A DNA stretch of 64,000 bases, taken from positions 256,001 through 320,000 of the forward strand of contig CAVYXA010000003.1 of assembly GCA_963772365.1 (NCBI GenBank), written 5' to 3'. The DNA comes from an uncultured Verrucomicrobiae bacterium (GTDB taxonomy: Bacteria; Verrucomicrobiota; Verrucomicrobiia; Chthoniobacterales; UBA10450). The notes below the pieces were generated by a model. That model saw nothing but the letters and a program-made list of their open reading frames with translations. It was not told the DNA's origin and did no database searches. The translations under genes and the position numbers were made by a program. Shown here piece by piece: positions 1-10,597 of this stretch. Every line of letters starts with the position of its first letter. The first letter of the stretch is position 1.

Positions 1-1
1 C

Positions 2-238
2 GGACCGATGTCACGCCCGATAAAGGCGATGATGTTATCGCCGTTCATCAGCCAAAAGTTCGTCATGTTCCTGGCAGACATAAATCACAAGGACCTCGCA
101 GTTCTCGGTGATTTGATGCAATCCGGAAAAGTGACGCCGGTCATCGACAGGACCTACAAACTAAGCGAAGTCCCGGAAGCAATCCGGTATCTGGAAAAAG
201 GCCACGCTCGCGGAAAAGTAATCATCACGATCGATTAG
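2..238 (+). CDS. Zinc-binding (MDR) NAD(P)-dependent alcohol dehydrogenase/quinone reductase family, C-terminal fragment (5' end outside window)
   Basis: C-terminus GKVTPVIDRTYKLSEVPEAIRYLEKGHARGKVII is typical of ADH_zinc_N_2 proteins. Confidence 0.85.
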   Translation, partial: GPMSRPIKAMMLSPFISQKFVMFLADINHKDLAVLGDLMQSGKVTPVIDRTYKLSEVPEAIRYLEKGHARGKVIITID

Positions 239-256
239 CTGAACCGACATTGGCCC

Positions 257-1579
257 ATGAAACATATTCTGGGTTCCATTCGTGCCTCCCTTGTCGATGT
301 TCGCCCGAACGAGGTGCGCGCTCTTTTGGTTGCGGGTTTGTTTAATTTTGTCATTCTCGGCAGCTACTACGTCGTCCGGCCGATCCGCGATGACATCGGC
401 GCGGCCGGCAAGATCGAGACTTTGCCGTGGCTCTACACCGGCACAATGGTCACGATGCTCGTCGCCAACGCGCTGTTCTCCGCCATCGTCGCGCGGATGC
501 CGCGCCGCCGGTTTCTCCCGATCGCATACCGTTTCTTCAGCCTTAACTTAATTCTCTTTTACGTTTTGATGCGCACCCTCAGTCCGGCGCAAAACATCTG
601 GGTGGGGCGCGCCTTCTTCGTCTGGGTGAGTGTGTTCAATCTCTTTGTTGTGACGCTCTTTTGGGCGTTCATGACCGACATGTTCAACAGCGAACAGGCC
701 AAAAGGCTTTTCGCCTTCATTGCCGCCGGCGGATCTTTAGGGGCTATTGCGGGGCCGATTGTCACGGCATCGCTCGTCAGACAACTGGGCGCGGCGAATC
801 TGATTTTGGTCACCGCAGCTCTGCTCGAAATTCCACCGTGGTGCGTGAAGTTCTTTCCCGCGTTAGATCGTTCAGGCCGAAGCGCCCCGGCTTCACGTGA
901 TTCAAAGAGTTTGCGGACGCACGATGGCACCGGCGCGGAACGACCGATCGGAGGCGGTATCATTGAAGCGGTCACGCATATTTTCCGTTCACCTTATTTG
1001 CTAGGCATCTGCGGTTTCATGCTCCTGTATTCCGTCACTTCGACGCTAGTCTATTTCCAGCAGGCGGATATTACCGGCCATCGATTTCACGACCGGGCGG
1101 CACGGACAGCTTTCTTTGCTCAGTTGGATCTGGCGGTCAACATCCTTACCCTCCTCGGGCAACTCTTTATCACTGGGCGGCTCCTAAAATGGGTGGGCGT
1201 GGGAATCACCCTGGCGTTTCTTCCCGTGCTGAACACGTTTGGTTTTCTCGGAATGGGTTTTGTGCCGGTGCTCGGTTTTCTGGCAGTATTCCAAGTCCTG
1301 CGCCGGGCGGGCAACTTTGCCATCACTCGTCCCGCTCGCGAGGTGCTTTTCACGGTCCTGACGCGCGAAGACAAATACAAATCCAAAAGTTTCATCGACA
1401 CATTTGTTTATCGGACTGGCGACCAGATCGGGGCGTGGTCGTATCCGGTCCTGATGTGGATGGGATTGGGACTCACCGGGATTTCGTTTGTGGCTGCCCC
1501 GCTCGCGGCAGCGTGGTGCGGGTTGAGCCTATGGTTAGGCCATCGCCAGGCAGCTATGGCAAAGGCGCGGGCGACGTAG
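257..1579 (+). CDS. MFS-fold NTP/NDP exchange (TLC/AAA-like) transporter
   Basis: About 12 hydrophobic segments; motifs YYVVRPIRD, FWAFMTDMF..EQAKRLF, KYKSKSFIDTFVYRTGD. Confidence 0.8.
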   Translation: MKHILGSIRASLVDVRPNEVRALLVAGLFNFVILGSYYVVRPIRDDIGAAGKIETLPWLYTGTMVTMLVANALFSAIVARMPRRRFLPIAYRFFSLNLILFYVLMRTLSPAQNIWVGRAFFVWVSVFNLFVVTLFWAFMTDMFNSEQAKRLFAFIAAGGSLGAIAGPIVTASLVRQLGAANLILVTAALLEIPPWCVKFFPALDRSGRSAPASRDSKSLRTHDGTGAERPIGGGIIEAVTHIFRSPYLLGICGFMLLYSVTSTLVYFQQADITGHRFHDRAARTAFFAQLDLAVNILTLLGQLFITGRLLKWVGVGITLAFLPVLNTFGFLGMGFVPVLGFLAVFQVLRRAGNFAITRPAREVLFTVLTREDKYKSKSFIDTFVYRTGDQIGAWSYPVLMWMGLGLTGISFVAAPLAAAWCGLSLWLGHRQAAMAKARAT

Positions 1580-1611
1580 AAGGCGGCAATTGGAGGCAGC
1601 GGCCGTAGCGA

Positions 1612-2349
1612 TTAAAGCAACTGTTCCAGGTGGGACCGAGAAACATTTCCCGCAATAAAATAGATTTTACCCTTGCGACGCCACGCGGCCGTTGTGACCC
1701 CGTTCCTGAATCCGAACCGTGGAGCGGCACTTAGCGAAACTCCCGGCAAATCGGATTTATTTGCCACAAATACGTCAACGTGGTTATCGCCGAATATCAG
1801 GCATAGCAACGTGACCCGGTGTCCATGCCACTTCAAAACCTTGCATCCAATGATTTCCTTGTCGGCCAGACCCGCCGGCAGCACAAAATTCTGATCGCCG
1901 CCGTTTTCGAGCAGCCATTGTTTGAGTTGGCTGGTATCCATGTCCCACACATCGAGATGGTGCGTTTCATCCAGAGATGCCTCAACCATTGCCTTACGAA
2001 ATGACGCGAACTCGGTCTCAGCGCTCCGGCGCGGCAAAAAGAAACTGGCCACAGCAATCAACAATGCGATTAACGCGGCGGCGGCGATCCAGCCCGGTTT
2101 GCGCCACCAAGGTCGCGGATGAATTACTTTGCGAGCCAATAGCAGCTGAGCCCTTAAATTCGGCGGCGCCGGGACGCTATGAATTTTCTCGGCGATTGCG
2201 GCATCCAGCTCCTGTTCGCGGGCGAACCAGCTGGCCAGTTCAGGATCATTCCCAATCAAGGCGAAAGCTTCTTCGAACTGAGGGTCATGTGCGTCCTCTC
2301 CGGTGGGACGGTAGGCTTGGAGGATAAACTGAGCTTCTTCTCTGGTCAT
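1612..2349 (-). CDS. Putative membrane-anchored anti-sigma factor (DUF3379-like)
   Basis: Directly downstream of the ECF sigma gene; N-terminal cytoplasmic domain, one TM helix (WIAAAALIALLIAVASFF), C-terminal extracytoplasmic domain. Confidence 0.7.
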   Translation of the reverse strand: MTREEAQFILQAYRPTGEDAHDPQFEEAFALIGNDPELASWFAREQELDAAIAEKIHSVPAPPNLRAQLLLARKVIHPRPWWRKPGWIAAAALIALLIAVASFFLPRRSAETEFASFRKAMVEASLDETHHLDVWDMDTSQLKQWLLENGGDQNFVLPAGLADKEIIGCKVLKWHGHRVTLLCLIFGDNHVDVFVANKSDLPGVSLSAAPRFGFRNGVTTAAWRRKGKIYFIAGNVSRSHLEQLL

Positions 2350-2350
2350 A

Positions 2351-2899
2351 CTACTTCGATTGGGATTGGGGGAGATTTATCACGACACATTTCGACTGAG
2401 TCTGCTGCCCGGCGCGGGCCGCGAGGTGATCGCGAAGGACGCACTTGCTTCGCGAGAGCCGGGACATGACCGTGCCGATTGGAACATCGAGGATATCAGC
2501 AATCTCTCGATAGGAAAGGCTTTGCAGATAAAACAGCACTAACGGTACCCGGTAGTGCTCGTCGATCTCGAGCAGCGCCTCCATTACAAGAATGCCGTCC
2601 ATCTTATTGACCATTTTCGGAGTGAGGGCTGGCAGCTCATGTTCGACGGAGGAAATCGTCAGGTGCGGAAATCGAGCGCTGCGGTGTTTCTGCCTGATGA
2701 ATACTCGATATAGCGTGGTGAAGAGCCAGGCTTTGATTTTTGTCGAATCGCGAAGCTTTCCCTCATTAGAGAGTAACCGGTAGTAGGCCTCCTGGGTCAA
2801 TTCACAAGCATCATCTGTATTGCCCGCCAGGCTATATGCGAACCGATAAAGATCGTGTTCATACTGTGCCACGATGTTTTCGTAGTCCGATTCGTCCAC
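2351..2899 (-). CDS. ECF RNA polymerase sigma-70 factor
   Basis: Region 2 (LYRFAYSL...ELTQEAY...KAWLFTTLYR) and region 4 (LSYREIADILDVPIGTVMSRLSR). Confidence 0.93.
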   Translation of the reverse strand: MDESDYENIVAQYEHDLYRFAYSLAGNTDDACELTQEAYYRLLSNEGKLRDSTKIKAWLFTTLYRVFIRQKHRSARFPHLTISSVEHELPALTPKMVNKMDGILVMEALLEIDEHYRVPLVLFYLQSLSYREIADILDVPIGTVMSRLSRSKCVLRDHLAARAGQQTQSKCVVINLPQSQSK

Positions 2900-3015
2900 G
2901 GAAGTAAAATGGTGATTCGCGTCTTCTGTTCAATAAGGATCTGCCAAACGCCCCCGTGCTGCCGGCCCCCGGAATCCCGGATAGCCGGCTTGCACGACGG
3001 CGCGGTCGATGATTT

Positions 3016-4132
3016 TCATCGCGCCGACAACCCGCTTGCTCCGGAAGGTATTCCGGAAACCCCCGGAAGCGGCGAGAGGGAGCCGTCTTCGTTCACACCA
3101 AACGCGCTGATCGTGCCATCTCCCGAATTCAGGCTGTACAAAAAAGCGACTGTTCAGGCTGAGTGCCAGATCGATCGGATTGCTGCCGGTAGTGCCGGTG
3201 ACTCCGTCCGGGTCAAGAAGACCCAATGCACCATCGCAAGCGATCCGGTATCCGGATATGGTGCCACTACCGGTATTCGACGCGTAAGCGAAGCGGCTAT
3301 TCCGGGTGATGACGATCCAACAAGCAGCAGTTTCGGTCGTATCCACGCTCGGACTCACGACCGCGAGATTGCCGTCGTCCGCCAGCTCGTACGACGAGAC
3401 CGCGCTTGCATCCATCGCGCCGCCAAAAGCCTCGGACACGATCATTGTCTCGCGGCGGAATGCGAATCCGAATGGCGTTTGGCCGACCGACTTGAATTCC
3501 TGATGATTCTCAATCAAGCCGTCCTCATCTACGGTGTAGGTGTCGATCTCATTTGTGGCTTTCTCTGTGACCGCTAAAACATTTCCATCCGGCAGAAAAT
3601 TGATTTCTGCCGGGTTCGTATTGGCTGCACTCAAAGGTCGGGTGGAACCGGGGATTGGAGTCAAATGGCCATTCGAAAAAAGAAAGCCGGTCACGTTATC
3701 AGCATCGCCCACGGTGCCTCCGGCGTTGAGGACGTAGATCACGTTTTTATGCATGGCCAGGCTGATCGGATTTCTGCCGCCGGAACCTATTTTGTCGGTG
3801 AGCTTCAATCCGAAAGACGTAACCCGCAAAACGGAAATCTCGTCACTGCCGGCGTTGCACGCGAAAAGCCAGCGACCGCTGCTGCTGCGAATGAGTGCGC
3901 CTTGGCTGCCTAATCCCATGCCAGTGCCGCTCCCACCTGTGGCAAACTGGCCAAGGAAAGTGAGACTGCCATCTGCGGCTCGCCTATAGGCCAGCACATG
4001 ATTGCCGGCGGTGGCATTATCCAGGGTGAACAATGCGCCACCAGCGCGTGAAAGCTGCGCCTGGGAAACAGGCAATATGAAAAACAAGGTTAGAGCCAGC
4101 GCTATCCAGTAGATTAACGATTTTGGTTTCAT
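3016..4132 (-). CDS. Secreted lactonase-family 7-bladed beta-propeller; +1 frameshift in the A6 run at 3140-3145
   Basis: Signal peptide and propeller repeats (LFACNAGSDEISVL, YVLNAGG, YASNTGSGTISGY). Removing one base gives a natural last blade RFLYSLNSGDGTISAFGVNEDGSLSPLPGVSGIPSGASGLSAR* ending at 3016. Confidence 0.8.
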
Positions 4133-4237
4133 AATAGTACCTCCATTAGTTACACGTTGAGTTTTTTAGATTGTGCGAACTGTTGCTCGCCTCCCAAATC
4201 GGGTCGCCTGCGAAGCAAATTCAGCCGCGTTTACAAA

Positions 4238-4267
4238 TATGAGCGTGCATCGACCGGCTTTATTCCC
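4238..4267 (-). promoter_or_regulatory. Candidate ECF-sigma promoter for the propeller-sigma-antisigma operon
   Basis: Minus strand reads GGGAATAAAGCCGGTCGATGCACGCTCATA: GGAAT-type -35 with ECF-like spacing, ~105 nt upstream of the start codon. Confidence 0.35.
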
Positions 4268-4367
4268 TCCAAATTCGCCCCGCCTGCAGATCTAATTACG
4301 GGCTGGCAGAAAAACGTTTCAGTTTATGTAGATATCGCCGATTGAGGATCGGGAACAAACGCAACTG

Positions 4368-5912
4368 CTACAGCTCATCGAACTCCGCCTCTTCATCGAG
4401 AACACGCGTGGCGTTGTCGAAGATTTGTCGTGCTTCTTCCGGAGAGTTCCCCACGGCGGTTAAACCCAATCGTCCGGCGCTGCCCAATGCACTGAGCATA
4501 TGGAAGACAATCCCTGTTTGTCGCACCTGTCCGAAATGCAGGCCGCGCCTGACTACCAGATCGAACAGATCGTCCGGGGTGTATCCACGATATCGCGGGG
4601 ATTCGACATGATCGCTGGCCACCAGAAATTTCCGGTTGCCATTCGGCGCGGTGAACACCGCCGCTTCCGGGTCGTACGAGCCGCCGGTCAGGAATTGCAA
4701 GGTCAGGAACGGGTGCGTGGTTCCGCCTTTGCGGAGATTGATTTCGATGGCATATCGCTGCCACTCACTCGCGTTTGAATCGCGCGTGACGACAAAGTCG
4801 AGAGCGAAGCGGCCGATTACGCCCTGCTCACGCAAAAGATCCGCCACTTTGGCCGCGTCGCGGGTAATAGCGGTGGCGTAACCGCGATCCGCCGGAAAAA
4901 TGCAACCGATGTAACTTTGCCCGCTCGGCCCGCCCAGCATCTGATCGTGCGTGGACAGCAATTCCACTTTTCCCAGCGGCGTGATCCGCAATTGCACACT
5001 GGGACTGCGCACTTCCGCCGCGTCGACTCCGACGCGTTCCTCGACAATCCCGCCGCGCGCCCGAAATTTTTCCGCATACGTTTCGAAAGTTGTGGCGTGA
5101 TGTTCGAAACGCATCGCGCGAACCCGTTCCTCGACCGTTGCATTCGCTGGCGGCTTAACAAGATCGACAATGGCATTTCCTTCGCCGGAAACGCCTTCGT
5201 TTAGTTTCACTACCGCTTGCGCAATGGAAGGCCGCTTTGCGTGCATTTTTTCCAGGGCCGCCGTCGCTTCTTCGATGGTGCGCAAATTGTCGAACCCAAG
5301 CGGGTGATTAATTTCAGCCTGAGCAAAAAGCTGGCGGCATCCGGTCTTGGTTCCGAAGTGGAGATGTTTCGGATCGGCGCCGTAAAGGGGAATGCCGAGA
5401 CGCAGCGCCAGATTTCTCTCGAGAAAAGTCGCGTTGTAACAGACCAGATGAGCGCGGTCTTTATCTATGATTTCCGCTTCGATCCGTTTCAAGAGACGTG
5501 GCCGCTCCAGAAGTTTCAGGCTGAGCGGGCGCGCCGAATCGTCGTAGGGCGAAAGCAAAGTGAGCCGGCGCATGGCGTGACTTGGGATCACGCCGGGCAG
5601 AAGGTCGAGATAGTATTCGATCACGCTGGGGTGAATCGCCTGCGATGTGACATAGATCATTCGCGCCCGCGGTTGACTTAGAAGCAAGAGCAGAAAAAGA
5701 AAACGCTCTTCGTATCCCTGAAGCTCGAAACCGATCGCCGACAGATCCACCGTGATCGAAGGCACAACCACGATCGTTTGTTCGTCATTATTGAACGACT
5801 CAATCGACCGCCATAGCGGTACCAATTTTTTCTGAAGCAAATCGAATTGGTGGGAGACTTCCATTGCCGAAAGATTCGGCGGAAGTCCGATCAGACTGGG
5901 ATCGCTTGTCAT
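4368..5912 (-). CDS. Peptide ligase PGM1-related ATP-grasp protein
   Basis: YEERFLFLLLLL, KLNEGVSGEGNA, SPSVQLRI, STHDQMLGGPSGQ, EINLRKGGTTHP motifs. Confidence 0.85.
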   Translation of the reverse strand: MTSDPSLIGLPPNLSAMEVSHQFDLLQKKLVPLWRSIESFNNDEQTIVVVPSITVDLSAIGFELQGYEERFLFLLLLLSQPRARMIYVTSQAIHPSVIEYYLDLLPGVIPSHAMRRLTLLSPYDDSARPLSLKLLERPRLLKRIEAEIIDKDRAHLVCYNATFLERNLALRLGIPLYGADPKHLHFGTKTGCRQLFAQAEINHPLGFDNLRTIEEATAALEKMHAKRPSIAQAVVKLNEGVSGEGNAIVDLVKPPANATVEERVRAMRFEHHATTFETYAEKFRARGGIVEERVGVDAAEVRSPSVQLRITPLGKVELLSTHDQMLGGPSGQSYIGCIFPADRGYATAITRDAAKVADLLREQGVIGRFALDFVVTRDSNASEWQRYAIEINLRKGGTTHPFLTLQFLTGGSYDPEAAVFTAPNGNRKFLVASDHVESPRYRGYTPDDLFDLVVRRGLHFGQVRQTGIVFHMLSALGSAGRLGLTAVGNSPEEARQIFDNATRVLDEEAEFDEL

Positions 5913-6017
5913 ACTGCGATATTTTGGGAACCAGGATTCTGAAAGACGAGCAGTGATTAGAGCGAGCAGAATTTTGCGTAAGAAACTGACAAATCGCCCT
6001 GCTCTTTTCGTAAAAGT

Positions 6018-6932
6018 TCAAGGATGCGATGATTCAGTAGGCGCCGGTGAAGGGTTCTTTTGTCCAGCGTGCTGCGTGTTCTCCAATCCAGGAAGGTTCT
6101 TCTGTAAGTCCTCAATGAGCCTTTTCTGGATTGCACTCTTGATCGTGTCGGACAGCGAAGGAGACGCAGTGGGGGTTGGTTGCGGTGTCGATGTCACTGT
6201 GGGTTTTTCGAGCGTGCGCATGATTGCGGGAGTGAAAATCACGGCCACAATGGCAAGCGCGATGAGCAGCACGACAAGAACGAAGATCGCTCGGACGAGA
6301 GGAGAGAGCCCTTTGCGCGCCTCGCCTTTGGATTCGGGAGTGCGGCCGCGCACCTTCCCCATTCGTTTCGGCGGCGCGGGATTCCCAATTGCGTCCGCAT
6401 ACAGATTGACTAACGAAACGATCGTTCCGTGTTTCACTTCCACGTCGCCCAATTCGTGAAGATACGGCTGCCAGCGACGTTGCTGTGCCAGATCGTCCGC
6501 CACGCGTTTGCTGACGAGAATATGACCGGCGTCTCCGCAATCCATCACTCGCTGCGCGATATTGATCCCTACGCCGGCGATATTTTCGCGTCCGGTTGCA
6601 TCCTTCACTTGATGGACCGGTCCGCTGTGGATTCCCATTCTAACTGGCAGACTTGGCTGCGCGCGCAAAGCGCGGCTGATCTCCAGAGCGCATTCGGCGG
6701 GATCCTCCACCGACCCGGTGAAAACCAGGGCGAGACCGTCGCCGGTCGGCAAGACGGTAAGTTGTCGTGCAACCTCGGCCTCCCGCACTGTGTTGCTGTT
6801 GCGGACAGTGTGGTTCAACTCTTGAAGCGCTTCTGATTGTTCGTTGGTCAGCAGCTTGGAATAGCCGACGATGTCCATGAAAAGCACGTGCGCGATCTCC
6901 AAACGTGGCTTGGCCCTTTCCTCTTCTGCCAT
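6018..6932 (-). CDS. Class III adenylate/guanylate cyclase domain protein with C-terminal TM helix
   Basis: HVLFMDIVGYSKL, TGDGLALVF, RMGIHSGPV, GINIAQRVMD; one TM helix followed by a Pro/Thr-rich tail. Confidence 0.88.
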   Translation of the reverse strand: MAEEERAKPRLEIAHVLFMDIVGYSKLLTNEQSEALQELNHTVRNSNTVREAEVARQLTVLPTGDGLALVFTGSVEDPAECALEISRALRAQPSLPVRMGIHSGPVHQVKDATGRENIAGVGINIAQRVMDCGDAGHILVSKRVADDLAQQRRWQPYLHELGDVEVKHGTIVSLVNLYADAIGNPAPPKRMGKVRGRTPESKGEARKGLSPLVRAIFVLVVLLIALAIVAVIFTPAIMRTLEKPTVTSTPQPTPTASPSLSDTIKSAIQKRLIEDLQKNLPGLENTQHAGQKNPSPAPTESSHP

Positions 6933-7027
6933 AACGTTTTGACTTTAGGCCTTCGCGCCCTCAAGACCTACAACATTCTTTTGCAATGCCGGTCCAGCTC
7001 GAACAAATGGAAACGCCGCGGTTTATT

Positions 7028-7894
7028 TCAGCTGACCGGTTTCGATTCGCGTCCAAAAAGACAGACGGCGGACCAGGGACGCTTGGCCTGGAACTCGCGC
7101 GACGAGATTCGCGCAATCAGGCGAAGAACAAATGACAGCCGATTCAATTTGGCCGCGGTCTGGAGGATGGAATGAACTTGCTCGACTTTCCACCCCCATC
7201 GGCGAAAGAATTCAGGTCCTTGCTCTGGAGCAAACTTCAAGGGAATCCCAGCTTGATCGAGCGGCGCGGCCATTTTCTTCGCCAGCATCCGCAGGAGTGC
7301 GGGAGAAGCCAGATCGATCACCCAATGCTGAAAAGCGGCTGGCGCCGTGAGATCGTCGGCGAGGTCGGCCACTTGTTCTTCTGTCAGGTAAACCAGCAAT
7401 CCTTCTGAAACCACCAGCGCGCGTTTAGCGCGGCCGCCGAGTTTAGAGAATAGATCGCGGCGGGCATTCACATCCGACAGGTCTAGCCGGACGCGCTCAA
7501 GCGCGCAGACCGGCTTTTCACTGCGAAGCACCGCTTCCTTGTGTGCGAGAATTTCGGGCAAATCGATCTCGACCCATTGCAACGATGGTGGCAGTTCCAT
7601 GCGGTAGGGTCGAGCGTCGAGGCCGGCGGCGAGGTTCACGACCATATCTGCACCTTGTCGGACTCGTTCATAAACGATCTGATCGAAAAGCCATGTCCGC
7701 GCTACAAATGGCCAGGAGTTTTTCTCCGCAAAGGGGATGGATCTTGCAATGTTTTCTCCACGCTCGCCGGCCAATACTCGAGCAAAACGATCATAAAACA
7801 CAGCGTCAGGCCGGTCCGTCTCGCGCGCTCGATAGACCGCGACCCAGCGTGCCGTATCGGAGATGCCATGAATCTTCGAGTCAGGTTGATTCAC
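7028..7894 (-). CDS. SAM-dependent methyltransferase (LCM/O-methyltransferase family); probable GTG start at 7894
   Basis: ISDTARWVAVYRA, VVNLAAGLDARPYR, SEGLLVYL; GGAGG RBS just upstream of GTG 7894. Confidence 0.85.
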   Translation of the reverse strand: MNQPDSKIHGISDTARWVAVYRARETDRPDAVFYDRFARVLAGERGENIARSIPFAEKNSWPFVARTWLFDQIVYERVRQGADMVVNLAAGLDARPYRMELPPSLQWVEIDLPEILAHKEAVLRSEKPVCALERVRLDLSDVNARRDLFSKLGGRAKRALVVSEGLLVYLTEEQVADLADDLTAPAAFQHWVIDLASPALLRMLAKKMAAPLDQAGIPLKFAPEQGPEFFRRWGWKVEQVHSILQTAAKLNRLSFVLRLIARISSREFQAKRPWSAVCLFGRESKPVS

Positions 7895-8012
7895 ATTTCC
7901 TCCTTTGTTCGTTGAGACAATCTTAGCTACACCTTTGACGAAAGCGCAATTTGCCTGCTCGCGAATTGCAAGAAACGGCGCTGGAAGCTGCAAATTTCCC
8001 GACGACGGCAGA

Positions 8013-10371
8013 CTAGGGCAGGTTCAGCTTGATTAGCGCAATGTCGCTGGAGTTAATGGCGCCGTTGGCATTCACATCCGAGCGGAAGGTCGATGCGTTA
8101 ACCCCTGTTGGAACTCGGGCCTTGGTTTGAGCAACGTCGCTCGAGTTAACATTCCCGTCCCCGGTCGTGTCGCCCACGATCTTGCGCATCGGAATCGTCA
8201 CGTCGACTGCCGGTGCATCGGCGGCCGAGTTCACTCCGTTGAGCTGCACGGTGATGGTCTGGTCATCGGCAATGTTGGTCAGCGGAATTGTTACAGTTGT
8301 TCCGTTCACATTGACGTTATTTCCACTCATGCACGCGCCGCCACTTCCCACACAACCCGTGCCCGATGTCACTTGGGCCTGGGGGTTGCCTGTCACCGTC
8401 ACATTGCCAGTGAAGGTGATCACCATTGTGTAATCGTCCGTGGCCCCTCCGGTTCGACATTCGATTCCCGGATTGCCGGTAAGCGGTAGATCGAGATCGA
8501 AAGTACCCGCCGCGCCGTGGATCTTTCGCGAGACGGCGCTTTGGAGCGTTGGTGTTCCAGTCACATCCAGGAACGCCGCACTGATCGGTCCCCAAGTCTG
8601 AAAACCCTGGAAGTCGCTCACGCCGCGTCCGCGTACCAAGATAACGTGGCGGCCTACCGACAGGCTGGCAGTGTTTATGGTTGCGTTGATGGCTACGGTT
8701 GGCGAATTGAACGTACCGTTCATCGGGATCGCGGTGCCACCAGCCCAGGGAGGCGTGTCAATGTAATATTCTGCCGCGCCGACATTCTGGCTGAACGCGT
8801 TGTTCGACCAGGCGAAGTTGATGCTGGCGGTTAGCTGTGATGGCACGCCTTGCGGCACTGATGCCGGGTTGGTGACAACGGTGTTGGCATCTGGTCCGTG
8901 CGAAGTCAGATAGGGCGTGCGCGCTATCTTCGCCAGGTAGAGGAGCATTCCGCGATTCTCAGGCCAAAGACCCTGCGACGAGCCGCAACCTGGATTATCT
9001 ATGCACGAGTAGGGGACGAGGAAGTCCTGGCCGCCCAATTCGGTGGAGTAGGCCGCCATGCCCAGCTCACCGTACGCCCAGTCAATCGAGCCTCCATCGA
9101 CCGTATACAACTCTTCGATGATCGAGCCATAGGGGTAACCGTTACCCCCCGCATTCCCGGCGGCCATGTGCGCGGCGATGTTGCGCGTCTCAGCGTAGTT
9201 AGGGATCTGCGTGCTAGTCCAGCCCCACGTAAAGAGATTGACTCGCGCATTTGTGTGGATGTTTTGGTAAACGCCTGTGGCAGTGATAGGCGCCGGGTCG
9301 GTGTCGCTAGGGCCGCGCTGATCGGGCACGAGGGTGCGGATCATGTTGACGATCGCCATGTCCTCCGGGTCCGATCCCGCCGACGTGCCTCGATAGGTCT
9401 GGTCGCACACATTGCCGCTCGAGCCGTTGCAGCAGCCCCAGTGGAAGGGGAAGTTGCGGTTGTTGTCTACGCCGAAGTGGTTAGATGCTGTGGGAGGCCA
9501 GGAGCACCCGCTGCCTCCGATGTTGTCACCGTTCTTGCGGAAGTAGTACGGGCTGTTGCCGCCGCCTCCCGCCTCGACGATGTGGTGGCCGTCCGGGTTA
9601 ACTTCGGGCATCAGCCAGATGTCGTGATAGTCCACGAGCCAGCGAACGTCCGCATTGGTATCGTAGTTATTGAGCAGGTAGTCGATTATGCGCATGACGA
9701 CTTCTGGCGTAGCGATCTCGCGGGCGTGTATATCGCCGTCCACCCACAAGACCGGTTTCGGGCCCGGTATGTTGCGGTTCGTGATGTGTAACACGAACAA
9801 GTCGTAGCCGTTCCAGGGACTGGGTAGCACACACGCGCCTGGATGCGATTTGCACCAGGAATCGCCGATATCGATCTTCTCGACCAGATTCGGGAACTGG
9901 GCCACCTTCTGGTCGAGGAAGGCGTATATTTCTTCCACCGTTTTGTACCCGCCGTAAAAAGTGAAGGGAAGGATTTGAGGGTAGCTGAGGTTGCGACTGC
10001 GGTTCTCATCTATCTCCACACGGAGGCCGCGAGCCGTCAGACCATAGTAGAGGTCGCGATCGCGGATTACGGTGAGATAGCCTCCGGTCGTGAGCGCTTC
10101 TTCGGGGTTGAGTTCTTCGGCCAGCTGGTCGCGCTCGGCGCGGTCGCGGAAGTAGATGCGCATTACCAGCGTGTCGTACCTTCTCGGCTATGGGATTCTT
10201 GCTGATTGAAGCGTCGGGACTCCCCGCAACAGGGACGGCGGCAAAGGCGTAGCCGCCCGGGTAGAGGGAAAAAGCAAGCAGTGACACGACGACGCCGATC
10301 GCGCAAAAGGTAAGACTGATAATGACGCGGGGAGTGAAGAAGCCAGATTTAGAGGCGGGCTCTTTTTTCAT
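8013..10371 (-). CDS. Secreted M14 zinc carboxypeptidase with C-terminal X-module + dockerin-like domain; +1 frameshift near 10179-10180 separates the leader
   Basis: HAREIA (HxxE), NPDG, DNNRNF, NIHT, GGSIDW, TELG. Removing one base joins ORF 10371 (signal peptide) to ORF 10163: KNPIAEK-YDTLVMRIYF. Confidence 0.85.
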
Positions 10372-10597
10372 GATAAATCTCTTGGTTATGTTTCCGCTGA
10401 AGTTGAAACACTATCGAAGCGCCACCAGCCTTGTTAGACCCCCTCGGCGATCAATCCTTCCAGCCTTAGGAAAGAACCAGCGTTATCAAAACCGAGGTGA
10501 CAATTGCAAGCGTTTTCGCCTATTAAATGCGGGACGCCGAGCCGCGTTCGGGAAGTTAGTGCACTCGTTAAGTCGGAATTTGTGTAAGACAAAAACC

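Noticed and set aside
681..696. TGTTC...GAACA as a second LexA box
   Set aside because: The spacer is 6 nt instead of 4 and the site is inside a coding region
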